NCBI GenBank assembly: GCA_964470175.1
Contig: CAYYBL010000003.1
Span: 1-52,161 of the forward strand
Length of the DNA stretch: 52,161 bases
Direction of reading: 5' to 3'
From: an uncultured Lachnospiraceae bacterium
GTDB lineage: Bacteria > Bacillota > Clostridia > TANB77 > CAG-508
This document shows positions 1 through 9,761 of this stretch, one piece after another. The notes below the pieces were generated by a model. It ran no database searches. It had not been told where the DNA came from and worked only from the letters and a program-made list of their open reading frames with translations. Both the position numbers and the translations under genes were made by a program. How positions within the stretch are numbered: position 1 is the stretch's first letter; the number at the start of each line of letters is the position of its first letter.

Positions 1-149
1 TTCTGGACACAAGCCTAGATGAGGTCTATTTGCCCTGCAGTGACTCGAGAGCAATCCTCAGTATATAATTTTTTTCATTAGTTTCATATCATTTCTCTCT
101 TCTTTTTTTTATATATTTTATATCTAATACTTTTTTTATACAATTAAAA

Positions 150-734
150 TTAAATTAATTTTTTTATCTCATTTAAAACATCTTCTACATATCTCTTATC
201 TACAGAAGAAAATGGTAATATTGTACTATATGATATTCCGAAGAATTTTTTTATACGTTCTACTTCATTTTCAACTTTTGTCTTTGCAATCTTGTCAGCT
301 TTATTCGCAAGTACAATAAAAGGTAAATTTGACCTAAGTATGTAATCATACATGAGCATATCATTAGATGTTGGATCATGTCTTATATCTACAATAAAAA
401 TTATAAGCACGATATTATCTCTATTTTGCAAATAGTCTTCTATATATTTACCAGAAAATACTTTTTCTTCTTTGGACATCTTACTGTACCCATATCCTGG
501 AAGATCTACAAAATAAAACTCATCATCTATATTGTAAAAGTTTATTTGTCTTGTCTTCCCTGGTACATTACTTGTCCTTGCTAAGTTTTTTCTATTTGTC
601 ATTGCATTTACAAATGAAGATTTTCCAACATTCGATTTTCCAACTAGTACAATCTCTGGCAAGTTTCCCTTCGGATATTGATTTTTGCTCGTTGCTGAAA
701 TTTCAAACTTTGGATTTTTAAAATTATTTTCCAT
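150..734 (-). CDS. engB: Ribosome-biogenesis GTP-binding protein EngB/YsxC
   Basis: 194-aa ORF with G1 GKSNVGKSS, G3 DLPGYG and G4 NKADK. ATG preceded by AAAGGAGAAAAG. Confidence 0.9.
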   Translation of the reverse strand: MENNFKNPKFEISATSKNQYPKGNLPEIVLVGKSNVGKSSFVNAMTNRKNLARTSNVPGKTRQINFYNIDDEFYFVDLPGYGYSKMSKEEKVFSGKYIEDYLQNRDNIVLIIFIVDIRHDPTSNDMLMYDYILRSNLPFIVLANKADKIAKTKVENEVERIKKFFGISYSTILPFSSVDKRYVEDVLNEIKKLI

Positions 735-815
735 CTTTTCTCCTTTATTTGTAAGGGGTCAATACAGTTTCCTGCATGACCCCCTTTTGTAACTTTTTTA
801 TGGACGTGCAATCAA

Positions 816-2201
816 TTATACATCATCTCTTATAATGAGATCCTCATTTTTGGGACCAACTCCAAGATACTTTACAGGCACGCCGACAATCTTCTCTATA
901 CAACGGATAAAGTGTTTGGCTCTCGTGGGAAACTCATCAAATGATGTTTCCTTTCCTGAAAGCGACCATCCACCTGAAAACTTTGTATAAATAGGCGTTG
1001 GCTGAACTCCTGTAAGTTCAATATCATCAGGATAATAATCTATGATCTCACCCTGATACTCATAAGCTGTACAGATTTCTACAAAACCTTCCTGATTTCC
1101 AAATTCGCCGATAGAGTCCATGTGGTTTATGCAAAGATAATCTGCACCTGATACTTCTCTGGAGAGCTTAGCAAGTACTGCATCAAATGCACCGACTCTC
1201 CGAGGTCTCTTCGTAGTTGCGCCATATTCACCAGTAAACTCCCTCAATCTATCTCCAATCATAAGATCATTACCATTTTTGCTGTAGCTCTCAGGTAATT
1301 TTCCATCCTTGTCGATATGAGAAGGGTATTCTGTAGGAAACGGTCCATTTCCCACTCTGGAGAAATACGCTTTGAAAATAGCAACTACCTCAGTCACATC
1401 CTTATGACTCAAATGAGCCCCCGAAAGTGTTCCAAGAGTATTTGAGTCGCTCGACGTAACATTCGGATAATCTCCATTTTCGATGCTAAGCCTTACAGCC
1501 TGTGCACCTTCCACGACGATTGTCTTCGAAGGATCCACCAGGTAGCTCTTCACAAACTCATGACCATTAACAACCATTTTTTTCAAAATAGGTTCATAGG
1601 ACTTCAGTTTGCTGGCAACGCTGCTTACCGCATCAATTGCATCTCCAGGCTGAAGATACTTCTCGAAAAGCGGCATATGTGCCCTCATTATGACTTGCAG
1701 CTTTTTCTCGAGCTGTTCTTCAGGAAGGAAAATATCATACACTTTAAGAGCAATTCTGTTGATCTTATCTGCATATGCCGGACCAATTCCTCTTCCTGTA
1801 GTGCCGACTTTGTTATCTTTGATAGACTCGTGAACCTTATCGAGTACTTTGTGATAAGAAAGAAGTACACATGCTGTACCACTTATCTTAAGCCTATCCT
1901 CCACATCATATACCCCATACGACTTGAGTGTTTCGATTTCTTCAAAAAGTGTTTCAAAATCTACGACAACTCCCTGCCCTATGAGACAAGTTGTGTTCGG
2001 GTATCCAATACCTCCAGGTACCAAGTGAAGAGCAAGTTTCTTTCCGTTTACAAACACTGTATGACCAGCATTTGCTCCGCCAGTTGCTCTTATCACCAAA
2101 TCAGCATTTTGAGAATAGAAGGATGAAACCTTACCTTTACCTTCATCTCCCCATGCTCCTCCAATAGTGACGATGACTTTTGCCTTATCTATGCTTTGCA
2201 T
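816..2201 (-). CDS. Divergent adenylosuccinate synthetase-like protein (PurA family), 461 aa, on a higher-GC island
   Basis: PurA signatures present: GGAWGDEGKGKV P-loop, GGANAGHT, TTGRGIGPAYADK, EGAQA, YPNVTSS, VGNGPFPTE, TTKRPRRVGAFD. It is longer than typical PurA, and NHMD stands where TKLD is expected. GGAGGAAACAAA SD before the ATG. 27/60 GC in line 1441-1500. Confidence 0.75.
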   Translation of the reverse strand: MQSIDKAKVIVTIGGAWGDEGKGKVSSFYSQNADLVIRATGGANAGHTVFVNGKKLALHLVPGGIGYPNTTCLIGQGVVVDFETLFEEIETLKSYGVYDVEDRLKISGTACVLLSYHKVLDKVHESIKDNKVGTTGRGIGPAYADKINRIALKVYDIFLPEEQLEKKLQVIMRAHMPLFEKYLQPGDAIDAVSSVASKLKSYEPILKKMVVNGHEFVKSYLVDPSKTIVVEGAQAVRLSIENGDYPNVTSSDSNTLGTLSGAHLSHKDVTEVVAIFKAYFSRVGNGPFPTEYPSHIDKDGKLPESYSKNGNDLMIGDRLREFTGEYGATTKRPRRVGAFDAVLAKLSREVSGADYLCINHMDSIGEFGNQEGFVEICTAYEYQGEIIDYYPDDIELTGVQPTPIYTKFSGGWSLSGKETSFDEFPTRAKHFIRCIEKIVGVPVKYLGVGPKNEDLIIRDDV

Positions 2202-2349
2202 TTTGTTTCCTCCTATGCAAGAACTAGGGTTAATAAGTTACTCTTTTTGCACCTCCATTCATAATTACTGTACATCATGACTATAAAAAGTTACACCAAA
2301 AATAGTCCATTATATTTTACCATATTTTTGCCTTAAAAACAACTATATA

Positions 2350-3633
2350 CTATCTTGGTTTTATTATTTCCGTTCCACCCATATATGGTACAAGTACTTT
2401 TGGTACTTTTATACTTCCATCTTCTTGATAATTATTTTCTATAAGACCTATAAGTCCTCTTGGACTAGCTACTACAGTATTATTTAATGTTGTAACATAA
2501 TAGTTTCCTTTTTCGCCTTTTGCTCTTATACCAAGTCTTCTAGCTTGTGCATCTCCAAGTATAGAACAACTTCCAACTTCAAAGTACTTCTTTTGACGAG
2601 GACTCCATGCTTCTATATCACATGATTTTACTTTTAGATCTGCTAAGTCACCGCTACAGCATTCAAGTGTTCTTACTGGTACATCAAAATTTCTAAATAA
2701 TTCTACTGTATAACTCCACATTTTATTATACCAATCCATACCTTCTTCAGGTGTACAAAGAACTATCATTTCTTGTTTTTCAAATTGGTGAAGTCTGTAT
2801 AATCCTCTCTCTTCTAGTCCATGTGATCCTATTTCTTTTCTAAAGCATGGACTATATCCTGTATATGTAATAGGAAGTTCTTTTTCAGGAATTAATTCTC
2901 CTTTAAATTTTCCTATCATACTATGTTCTGATGTACCAATTAAAAATAAATCTTCATTTTCAATCTTATACATCATGGCATCCATTTCTTCAAAGCTCAT
3001 TACACCATCTACTACATCTCCTCTAATCATAAATGGTGGAATGCAATACGTAAATCCTTTGTTTATCATAAAATCTCTTGCGTACGCAAGCATTGATTCA
3101 TGAAGCCTTGCCACATCTCCAAGTAAATAATAAAATCCAAGTCCACTAGTACGTCCTGCACTTTCTTTATCAAGTCCACCTAATTTTTCAAGTATATCTG
3201 CATGATGAGGAATTTCATAATTTGGAACAAATGGATCTCCAAACTTTTCTACTTCAACATTATGGGTATCATCTTCACCTATTGGTACAGAATCATCCAT
3301 GATTTGAGGAATTTTCATCATTATACTTTTTATATTATCTTTAAGTTCAGCTTCATGCCCTTCATTTTTAGCAAGTTCATCATTTATTTCTTGCACTTCA
3401 CTTTTTCTTTTTTCTGCGTCTTCTTTTTGTCCTTTACCCATTAATATACCAATTTCTTTACTAATAGAATTTCTCTTCATTCTAAGTTCATCACATTTTA
3501 GAGTAAGTTCTCTTTGTTCTTTATCAAGTTTCAACACTTCGTCTACAAGTGGAAGTTTATTATCTTGAAATTTTTTTCTTATATTTTCTTTTACCATGTC
3601 TGGATTTTCTCTTATTAATTTTATATCTATCAT
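2350..3633 (-). CDS. serS: Seryl-tRNA synthetase
   Basis: 427 aa. N-terminal coiled-coil arm followed by a class II core (FRKE, GLYRLHQFEK, ALNNTVVA-like motifs). A T-box leader lies upstream. Confidence 0.93.
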   Translation of the reverse strand: MIDIKLIRENPDMVKENIRKKFQDNKLPLVDEVLKLDKEQRELTLKCDELRMKRNSISKEIGILMGKGQKEDAEKRKSEVQEINDELAKNEGHEAELKDNIKSIMMKIPQIMDDSVPIGEDDTHNVEVEKFGDPFVPNYEIPHHADILEKLGGLDKESAGRTSGLGFYYLLGDVARLHESMLAYARDFMINKGFTYCIPPFMIRGDVVDGVMSFEEMDAMMYKIENEDLFLIGTSEHSMIGKFKGELIPEKELPITYTGYSPCFRKEIGSHGLEERGLYRLHQFEKQEMIVLCTPEEGMDWYNKMWSYTVELFRNFDVPVRTLECCSGDLADLKVKSCDIEAWSPRQKKYFEVGSCSILGDAQARRLGIRAKGEKGNYYVTTLNNTVVASPRGLIGLIENNYQEDGSIKVPKVLVPYMGGTEIIKPR

Positions 3634-3751
3634 TTTTATAATCTCCTATTTTTATTTTTTATATTTTTGACAAGCTTTACCCCCAGGACTCCGAGTCATA
3701 TGTTATTTTTTTAACTAAGTAATAATGAACTTTTTCCATTTTAAACCTCCT

Positions 3752-3935
3752 AAAAAAATCACCCTCATGCTTAAACAGCATAAGGGCGATGTTATTCGCG
3801 GTACCACCTATTTTTATATCTCTATAATTACTATAACCTGTAATCATTCGGCCTAGTTTTCTAGGAAGCTTCTTAAGAATAGATTTCATAAAGTACTTTA
3901 TCTATTTTCACCAACCATAGACTCTCTTTAAAAGT
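3752..3935 (-). promoter_or_regulatory. T-box riboswitch leader (probable Ser UCU specifier) controlling serS
   Basis: On the minus strand: AGAGAGTC stem I start (3927-3920). GAAA-TCT-A specifier-loop context (TCT = 3883-3881). Conserved T-box TAGGTGGTACCGCG (3808-3797). Terminator stem TCGCCCTTATGC/GCATGAGGGTGA (3789-3759) followed by T7 (3758-3752). Confidence 0.8.
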
Positions 3936-3987
3936 TTAACTTTATTACTTAGTTCTTAATCAAATGCTTTAATCCTATATGTATTCT

Positions 3988-4015
3988 ATTATACCACAAT
4001 TTATTAATTTGTAAA
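3988..4015 (-). promoter_or_regulatory. Sigma-A type promoter for the serS T-box leader
   Basis: Minus strand: TTTACA (4015-4010), 16-nt spacer, TGgTATAAT extended -10 (TATAAT = 3993-3988). Confidence 0.55.
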
Positions 4016-4023
4016 GTATTAGC

Positions 4024-4542
4024 TTATTCATTTAATGTAATACCACCATTTCTTAATTCGTAGCAATATCTTATGTATTCTTTTTTATATGGCACAAATT
4101 CTCCTTTATCAATCATATCTAATACTTCTTCTATAGATGCCCATTTAGCATCTTGTACTTCCTCTGGTTGAAACTTAAGAGTACTTATATCCACATTCCT
4201 ATTAATTATATAAATATCATCAAATCCTTCAGAAAAATTAGCTGTAATTTTAGGATGTATTTTAGAAAAATCTATATCAAGTCCAATTTCTTCAAATAGT
4301 TCTCTATGAACACCTTCTCTACTATTTTCTCCTGCAAGAACAGAACCTCCTGCAGTCATATCCCATCTATTGGGGAAAACCTTTTTATCTTTTTGCCTAT
4401 GTTGAATTAGCATCTCTCCTTTATCGTTAAAAATACAGCAGTGTACTACTAAGTGATATTCTCCTTTTTGAAGCTTGGTTCCTCTTATTAGTATTCTTCC
4501 TGTTTTATTTCTATCCACATCATAAATATCCCATTTTTCCAT
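4024..4542 (-). CDS. NUDIX hydrolase
   Basis: Nudix box GGSVLAGENSREGVHRELFEEIGL. AAGGAGG SD. Starts 5 nt after the helicase stop. Confidence 0.85.
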   Translation of the reverse strand: MEKWDIYDVDRNKTGRILIRGTKLQKGEYHLVVHCCIFNDKGEMLIQHRQKDKKVFPNRWDMTAGGSVLAGENSREGVHRELFEEIGLDIDFSKIHPKITANFSEGFDDIYIINRNVDISTLKFQPEEVQDAKWASIEEVLDMIDKGEFVPYKKEYIRYCYELRNGGITLNE

Positions 4543-4547
4543 AAAAT

Positions 4548-6789
4548 TTATACCTCCTTATTAAATAATTTGCTTATATTACCAATATAATAAGCATCAA
4601 GTTTTGACATAGCTCTTGTTATAGCTACATATAATAATTTAATATCGAGTAATAAATCTTTGCTGTATTTTTCTTCACTTACATTAAATAAAGTTACCAC
4701 ATCAAATTCTAATCCCTTTGCCAGATATGAAGGAACGATGCTAATTCCTGCATTATATTCCGAGTCTTTAGAATTGATTAGTTTTACATCTGATCTATAT
4801 TTTTTTATCTTCCTTTCTATTCTGTCACACTCATCAATATCTTTACCAATGATTGCAATCGATTTATATCCTTCATTTAAGTAATTATCTATTTTTGCAT
4901 TTATTTCTTCTATAATTTCATCCTCGTTATTTTTAGAGATAAATTCTATCGAGTTCTTCCTATCAATTACAGGATTGCCTTTTAAGATAAATTTCTTATC
5001 ATCATCTGGAAGCTTATCTATGACATTGTTTGCCTCATTCATAATATCTTTTGTTGTTCTATAAGTTTTAGAAAGCGTTAAGTATAAAACCGATTCATTT
5101 GGAAATTCAACATCTATAAATTTCTTCCAATCATTTATTCCTCTGTAGTAATGAACCCCTTGAGCAATATTTCCAAGCACTGTCATTGAACTACTGTTTA
5201 AAATTGTCTTCAAAACCGAAAATTGAAATTCACCATAATCTTGTGCTTCATCCACAATTACATGTTTCATATTCTTTTTGTTTTTCAGTCCATATACTTT
5301 ATAGTGTAGATAAATTATAGGTGCTAAATCTTCAAAGGATACTTCCTTTTTATTTAGATTTTTTAGTGTATTCTTTCTTAAATAATCTTCAAGAACTCTA
5401 TCTTCTAATTTATTTACTATAAAATATTCTATAAAATCTTCATAAAGAGCTGTGGAATCTAATCTTTTTATTTTATTAAAATAAAAATCCACAATTTTTA
5501 TATCATCTTTTTCAAGTCTTTTTAATAATCCTTCAGTTTCTTCAAATATTTCTATTCTTCGTTTCCTTTTTTCCTCTTCTGTTATATCTTCTTTTAGCAT
5601 ATTATTAATTTTAATTTTTCTTTTTAAAGCAATTGTCTTTTCAATTTCTTCCTTATTGTTTTTAATCTTTGAAAAAACATGTTTTTTTATTTCTCTAATT
5701 CTGCTTTCGAAATCAAGATTTTTATAATTTTCTTTAAACAGCTTTTGCAAGTCTTCTCTGCTATATAGTCTCACACAATCTAAAACGAAATCTTCATTTG
5801 GCAAGAAATTTTCTTCAAGTTCTTCTAAATACATATCAACGTAATCTTTAAATTTTATAGAAGATTTAAACTGTGATTCTCTTATCATAATTGAAATATT
5901 TCCATTGTTTATATCATCAAAATCTTTATTTACAATTTCCACCAGTTTTTCATTATTATCAGAAGTCTTTAATTTCCTTCCTATTATTTCATATGCTAGA
6001 TCTTCAAATGTGTATTGTTTTACATTTTCCACTCCTAAGTCAGGTAATACGTTAGATATATAATTTAGGAAAAACTTATTTGGAGCAATTATCATAAACT
6101 CATCCGGATCAAATTTGTTTTCACAGCTATAAATTAAATAAGCAATCCTATGCAAAGCAATAGTTGTTTTTCCACTTCCTGCTACACCTTGCACTATCAG
6201 AGCTTTATTCATGCCAGCCCTTATTATACTATTTTGTTCTCCTTGAATAGTAGCTACTATATTTTTTAGTCTATCATCTGCTTTTTCTTCAAGCGCTACC
6301 TGAAGAAGCTCATCATTTGCTTTTATATCAATATCAACATATTTTTGAAGTATTGTATTTTCTATCAGATATTGTCTTTTAAGTGATATAAAGCCTTCAA
6401 CTGTTTTCATTCCGCAGAACTTCATAACTTGCATTTCCTATTCGTCCGTCATAGTATAAGTTTGCAATTGGCGATCGCCAGTCAACAATTATTGCATCTT
6501 GTGAATTGCTATCTAATACCGATATTTTTCCAATGTACAAATTTTCTGTTTTGTCTTCATCATCTTGTTTGAAATCCACTCTTGCAAAGTATGGCTTTTC
6601 CATAATTTTTTGCAGATTTCTTAATTTTTGTTCATTCATATATAGGATATGTGCTCTTACATATGAATCTTTTGAGTAATGCTCTGATGTCTTTTTTAAG
6701 GATTCTTCCAAAACTTTTTCTTCTACCTTAAGTTTCCCCAGGGTATCCTTCAACTTTTCTTTTTCTCTTAAAAATTCCTTTTCGTCCAT
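4548..6789 (-). pseudogene. helD: HelD-like (helicase IV / UvrD-family) protein split by a frameshift into 130-aa and 628-aa ORFs
   Basis: The N-terminal ORF (6397..6789) ends ...VDWRSPIANLYYDGRIGNASYEVLRNENS*. The second ORF (4548..6434) continues ...TVEGFISLKRQY and carries Walker A GVAGSGKTTIALHR and the C-terminal UvrD-like LLYVAITRA. The two frames overlap at 6397-6434 around an A4 run (plus TTTT 6404-6407). Confidence 0.75.
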
Positions 6790-6889
6790 TTTAAACCTCC
6801 AAAATTTAAATTAGATATCTAGTATTTAAGTACCTTTATCTTAAACACCAGAACTTTCAGTTAGAAAAATTATGATTTTTGAAACGCCA

Positions 6890-6925
6890 AAAGGACATCT
6901 ATTTTAAAAAAAAATAGATGTCTCC
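6890..6925 (-). terminator. Rho-independent terminator after the gltX-DUF951 unit
   Basis: 11-bp stem GACATCTATTT/AAATAGATGTC (6894-6904 / 6912-6922). On the minus strand it is followed by CTTTTGG. Confidence 0.55.
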
Positions 6926-7024
6926 CTTCTTGCATCATTAAAAACGTACCCGAATATTATATACAAAATCCGATATAAAAATCAAGTCTTTTTTAACATT
7001 TTTTTAAGCACTACAGAGTAGTGC

Positions 7025-7225
7025 TTAAAGTTCTTCTTCATTTAATTTTTTAGTTATCATTTTCAGTGCCTTTTCTCTTGGGACTGTTATTATATGTCCA
7101 CATCCCTCACACTTTAGTTTGAAGTCAACTCCTATACGAACAATCTCCCACGTACTTGTACCACATGGATGTGCCTTTTTGGTTTTTACAATATCTCCTA
7201 TATCATAATCATACTTTTCTTTCAT
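7025..7225 (-). CDS. DUF951-family small protein
   Basis: 66 aa. Matches the DUF951 pattern as I recall it: GDIV.TKKAHPCG...WEIVR.G.DFKLKCEGCGH. Starts 1 nt after the gltX stop. Confidence 0.7.
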   Translation of the reverse strand: MKEKYDYDIGDIVKTKKAHPCGTSTWEIVRIGVDFKLKCEGCGHIITVPREKALKMITKKLNEEEL

Positions 7226-7226
7226 A

Positions 7227-8870
7227 CTACACTTCCTTATTTAATCTTAAAAGCACTTCTTTTTCACCTAGCACTTTCATTATTTCATATAAATCTGGTG
7301 TATTATGTCTTCCTGTAATCTTCACTCTAAGTACTGTACTTATATCTCCTACATGTCCTTTATATGATTCTGGATTTTCTTTATACTCTTTTACTTCTCT
7401 TGCATATCCCAATTCTTCTGATAAATCTTTTATTTTATTAAACCATGTTTCTTTATCATCATTTGCATCATAGTATTTTTCAACATATAGTTTAACTATC
7501 TTATTTATTTCATCCTTATCAGTTATGTTTTGATATTCAAACTCTGTATTTTCTTTAAATTTTTCAGGATACATATAGCTTATGATATATTTAATATCAG
7601 ACCATTTAGCTATATCTTTACGTGGTTTTTGATTACCTCTTTCTATCCCTAATACCTTTAAAGAATACTCTTTATCATCAAGCATTTCTTTAAGTTCTTG
7701 GTCATAAGTCTTAGCCCAATTATATGCTTCTTCATACACTTTATTTGCATCAAATTTTGAAATGACATTTTTTGAAACATCATTCATTTTCACCATATCA
7801 AAAAGAGCTCCACTTACACCCATTTTCTTTATATCAAATGGAAATTCATCCAACGTCTTATCTTTATTTTGCTTTCTCCAAATCTCAAAATTTGAATTAG
7901 CAATATTTATAAGATACTCTTTTACAGATTCTTTTGGAATACCTACTTCTGTATAATAGCTTACTGCAGCTTCTGGATCTTTTCTTTTACTAAGTTTTCT
8001 TTTAGATTCTCCTTCAAGTTTCATAAGTTGAGCTGTATGTGCATACTTTGGTGGTTTAAATCCAAGACTATAAAAAAGTTGTATATGAAGTGGTACAGAT
8101 GGAACCCATTCTTCACTACGAGTAACTATGGTAGTTCTCATCAAATGATCATCTACCACGTGTGCAAAGTGATACGTAGGAAGTCCATCAGATTTAATAA
8201 TAATAATATCTTGATCATTTTCTGGAAATTCAATACTTCCCTTTATAACATCTTTATATTTTACTCTTTTTTCTGGATCTCCCATAGATTTAAATCTTAT
8301 AATATATGGCTCTCCTGCTTTTATTTTTTCAGCTGCCATATCTATAGGCATATTTCTACACTTTGCCCATTTTCCATAATAACCTGTCCTATCTCCAGAT
8401 TTTTCTTGTTTTTCTCTTATATCTTCCAACTCTTCCGGCGTACAAAAGCATGGATATGCATTACCTTCTTCAATCATTTTCTTTGCATATGATTTATAAA
8501 TTTCTCCACGCTTACTTTGAACATATGGGCCGTAGTTTCCTTTGTCGTTTCCATCAAGCATTTCATATTCATCAGGAATAATATCATAATCTTCAAAAGA
8601 CTTTATGATTTCTTCTTTTCCATTTTCTATTTTTCTCTTTTGATCGGTATCTTCTACTCTTACAAAAAATACACCACCAGTTTGAGATGCAATTTTTTTA
8701 GCAACTAATCCTTGAAATAATCCTCCAATATGTATAAATCCTGTAGGGCTTGGTGCTACTCTAAGTACTTCAGCACCTTCCTTAAGATTTCTTTCAGGAT
8801 ATTTTTCTTCATAATAAGTATAGTCTTTAACATCTGGAAATATCAAATTTGCTAATTCTTTTCTATCCAT
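7227..8870 (-). CDS. gltX: Glutamyl-tRNA synthetase (long form, 547 aa)
   Basis: Class I HIGH-type motif RVAPSPTGFIHIGGL and KMSKS-type KLSKRK. SD GAGAGGAAAAA. Confidence 0.9.
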   Translation of the reverse strand: MDRKELANLIFPDVKDYTYYEEKYPERNLKEGAEVLRVAPSPTGFIHIGGLFQGLVAKKIASQTGGVFFVRVEDTDQKRKIENGKEEIIKSFEDYDIIPDEYEMLDGNDKGNYGPYVQSKRGEIYKSYAKKMIEEGNAYPCFCTPEELEDIREKQEKSGDRTGYYGKWAKCRNMPIDMAAEKIKAGEPYIIRFKSMGDPEKRVKYKDVIKGSIEFPENDQDIIIIKSDGLPTYHFAHVVDDHLMRTTIVTRSEEWVPSVPLHIQLFYSLGFKPPKYAHTAQLMKLEGESKRKLSKRKDPEAAVSYYTEVGIPKESVKEYLINIANSNFEIWRKQNKDKTLDEFPFDIKKMGVSGALFDMVKMNDVSKNVISKFDANKVYEEAYNWAKTYDQELKEMLDDKEYSLKVLGIERGNQKPRKDIAKWSDIKYIISYMYPEKFKENTEFEYQNITDKDEINKIVKLYVEKYYDANDDKETWFNKIKDLSEELGYAREVKEYKENPESYKGHVGDISTVLRVKITGRHNTPDLYEIMKVLGEKEVLLRLNKEV

Positions 8871-8954
8871 TTTTTCCTCTCTTCATATATCATTATTAAT
8901 AACTTATATTGTAGCAAAATAAAGTCTTTCTTTCAATGCCTTTACGATACAAAA

Positions 8955-9758
8955 CTATTCTCTTTCATCATCCACATCTATAATAAGAGACTTATCTAAA
9001 GTATCTGCTTTTTCCGAATCTTCTAATATTCCTGTCTCCTGAGCAATTTTTTGTGCTTCTTCGCGACGTTTTTCATATATTTCTCTTGCTAATTCTTTTG
9101 CTTTTTTAGGTGTAACAGGTCCTTTTCCTGTTATAAATGCTTCAGCCATTATCTCTTCAGCAATCCATCCAATCATTTCTTCTACATCTACTTTTCCATC
9201 AGGCTTAACATTTCCACAATCTAAACTTACTTCACCCTTTGGAGTAATATGAACAGACGCTAATCTAGTAATTGTCTGTGCTTTCCAATCAATAAAAAGA
9301 ATTTGAGTTGGATCTGTTTCCATATGTCCTCTAACGGAAGATGTAAATTGTACTTTAGCAGAAGGATCACTTCTTATATATTCACTATACATATCAAAAT
9401 TAAAATCGTGAACATATTCACTAAATCTTCCTGTTAGATTTCTAATGATAGTACTTTGGTATCCTGTATATGGCAAAGGATTTCCTTTAACATCTGTTCC
9501 CTTTTGAAAATCTGTAAATAACTCTGTACTTTTTATATAGCAATATGGTTTATCATAATATGGACGATAAACCATATATCCATATTCTTCCGGCTGATCT
9601 TCGCTTTTTCCAGATCTTTTTATTTTGGTTACAACAACTCTTTCTTTCTCATAGCTAACATCTTCGCAAACAACTTCACCATCTTCGATAGCTTTTACTT
9701 CTTCCATAATTTTTTGTTTTGCAACCTCTAACATTCTTGTTCTTTCATCAATATCCAT
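8955..9758 (-). CDS. Hypothetical protein, translationally coupled to RNase J
   Basis: 267-aa ORF. Its ATG is 3 nt after the RNase J stop, with GGAGG inside the RNase J 3' end. No motif recognised. Confidence 0.7.
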   Translation of the reverse strand: MDIDERTRMLEVAKQKIMEEVKAIEDGEVVCEDVSYEKERVVVTKIKRSGKSEDQPEEYGYMVYRPYYDKPYCYIKSTELFTDFQKGTDVKGNPLPYTGYQSTIIRNLTGRFSEYVHDFNFDMYSEYIRSDPSAKVQFTSSVRGHMETDPTQILFIDWKAQTITRLASVHITPKGEVSLDCGNVKPDGKVDVEEMIGWIAEEIMAEAFITGKGPVTPKKAKELAREIYEKRREEAQKIAQETGILEDSEKADTLDKSLIIDVDDERE

Positions 9759-9761
9759 AAG

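Noticed and set aside
1-68. GC-richer first 60-70 nt: structured RNA, or the 3' end of a plus-strand CDS (frame 3 is open to TAA at 66-68)
   Set aside because: It is too short to judge. No tmRNA, RNase P, SRP or 6S signature is recognisable, and 21 open codons are not evidence of a gene. It is mentioned only as a possible sixth GC island at the window edge.
1560-2126. Plus-strand ORFs inside minus-strand genes. Examples: 378..584, 1560..2126, 3202..3444, 7156..7473, 8028..8492, 11212..11616, 14051..14326, 16073..16321, 18371..18745, 31623..31844, 38319..38696, 43798..44106, 47793..48110, 51065..51418
   Set aside because: These are antisense shadows of well-supported genes. Their products are low-complexity and rich in Phe/Ser/Ile/Leu, with no SD and no recognisable motifs.
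2202-2349. Purine riboswitch upstream of the PurA-like gene
   Set aside because: Read on the minus strand, the leader shows only a TGgTAAAAT-like -10 and an SD. The conserved purine-riboswitch junction and loop sequences are not present.
3677-3889. 70-aa minus-strand ORF from the track
   Set aside because: It runs through the serS T-box leader (specifier region, T-box sequence and terminator). Only its last 20 codons have an SD, and those are reported separately as a low-interest mini-ORF.
7006-7026. AAGCACTAC-AGA-GTAGTGCTT hairpin overlapping the DUF951 stop codon, as a possible terminator
   Set aside because: On the coding (minus) strand it is followed by an A-run, not a U-run. The better terminator candidate is at 6890-6925.
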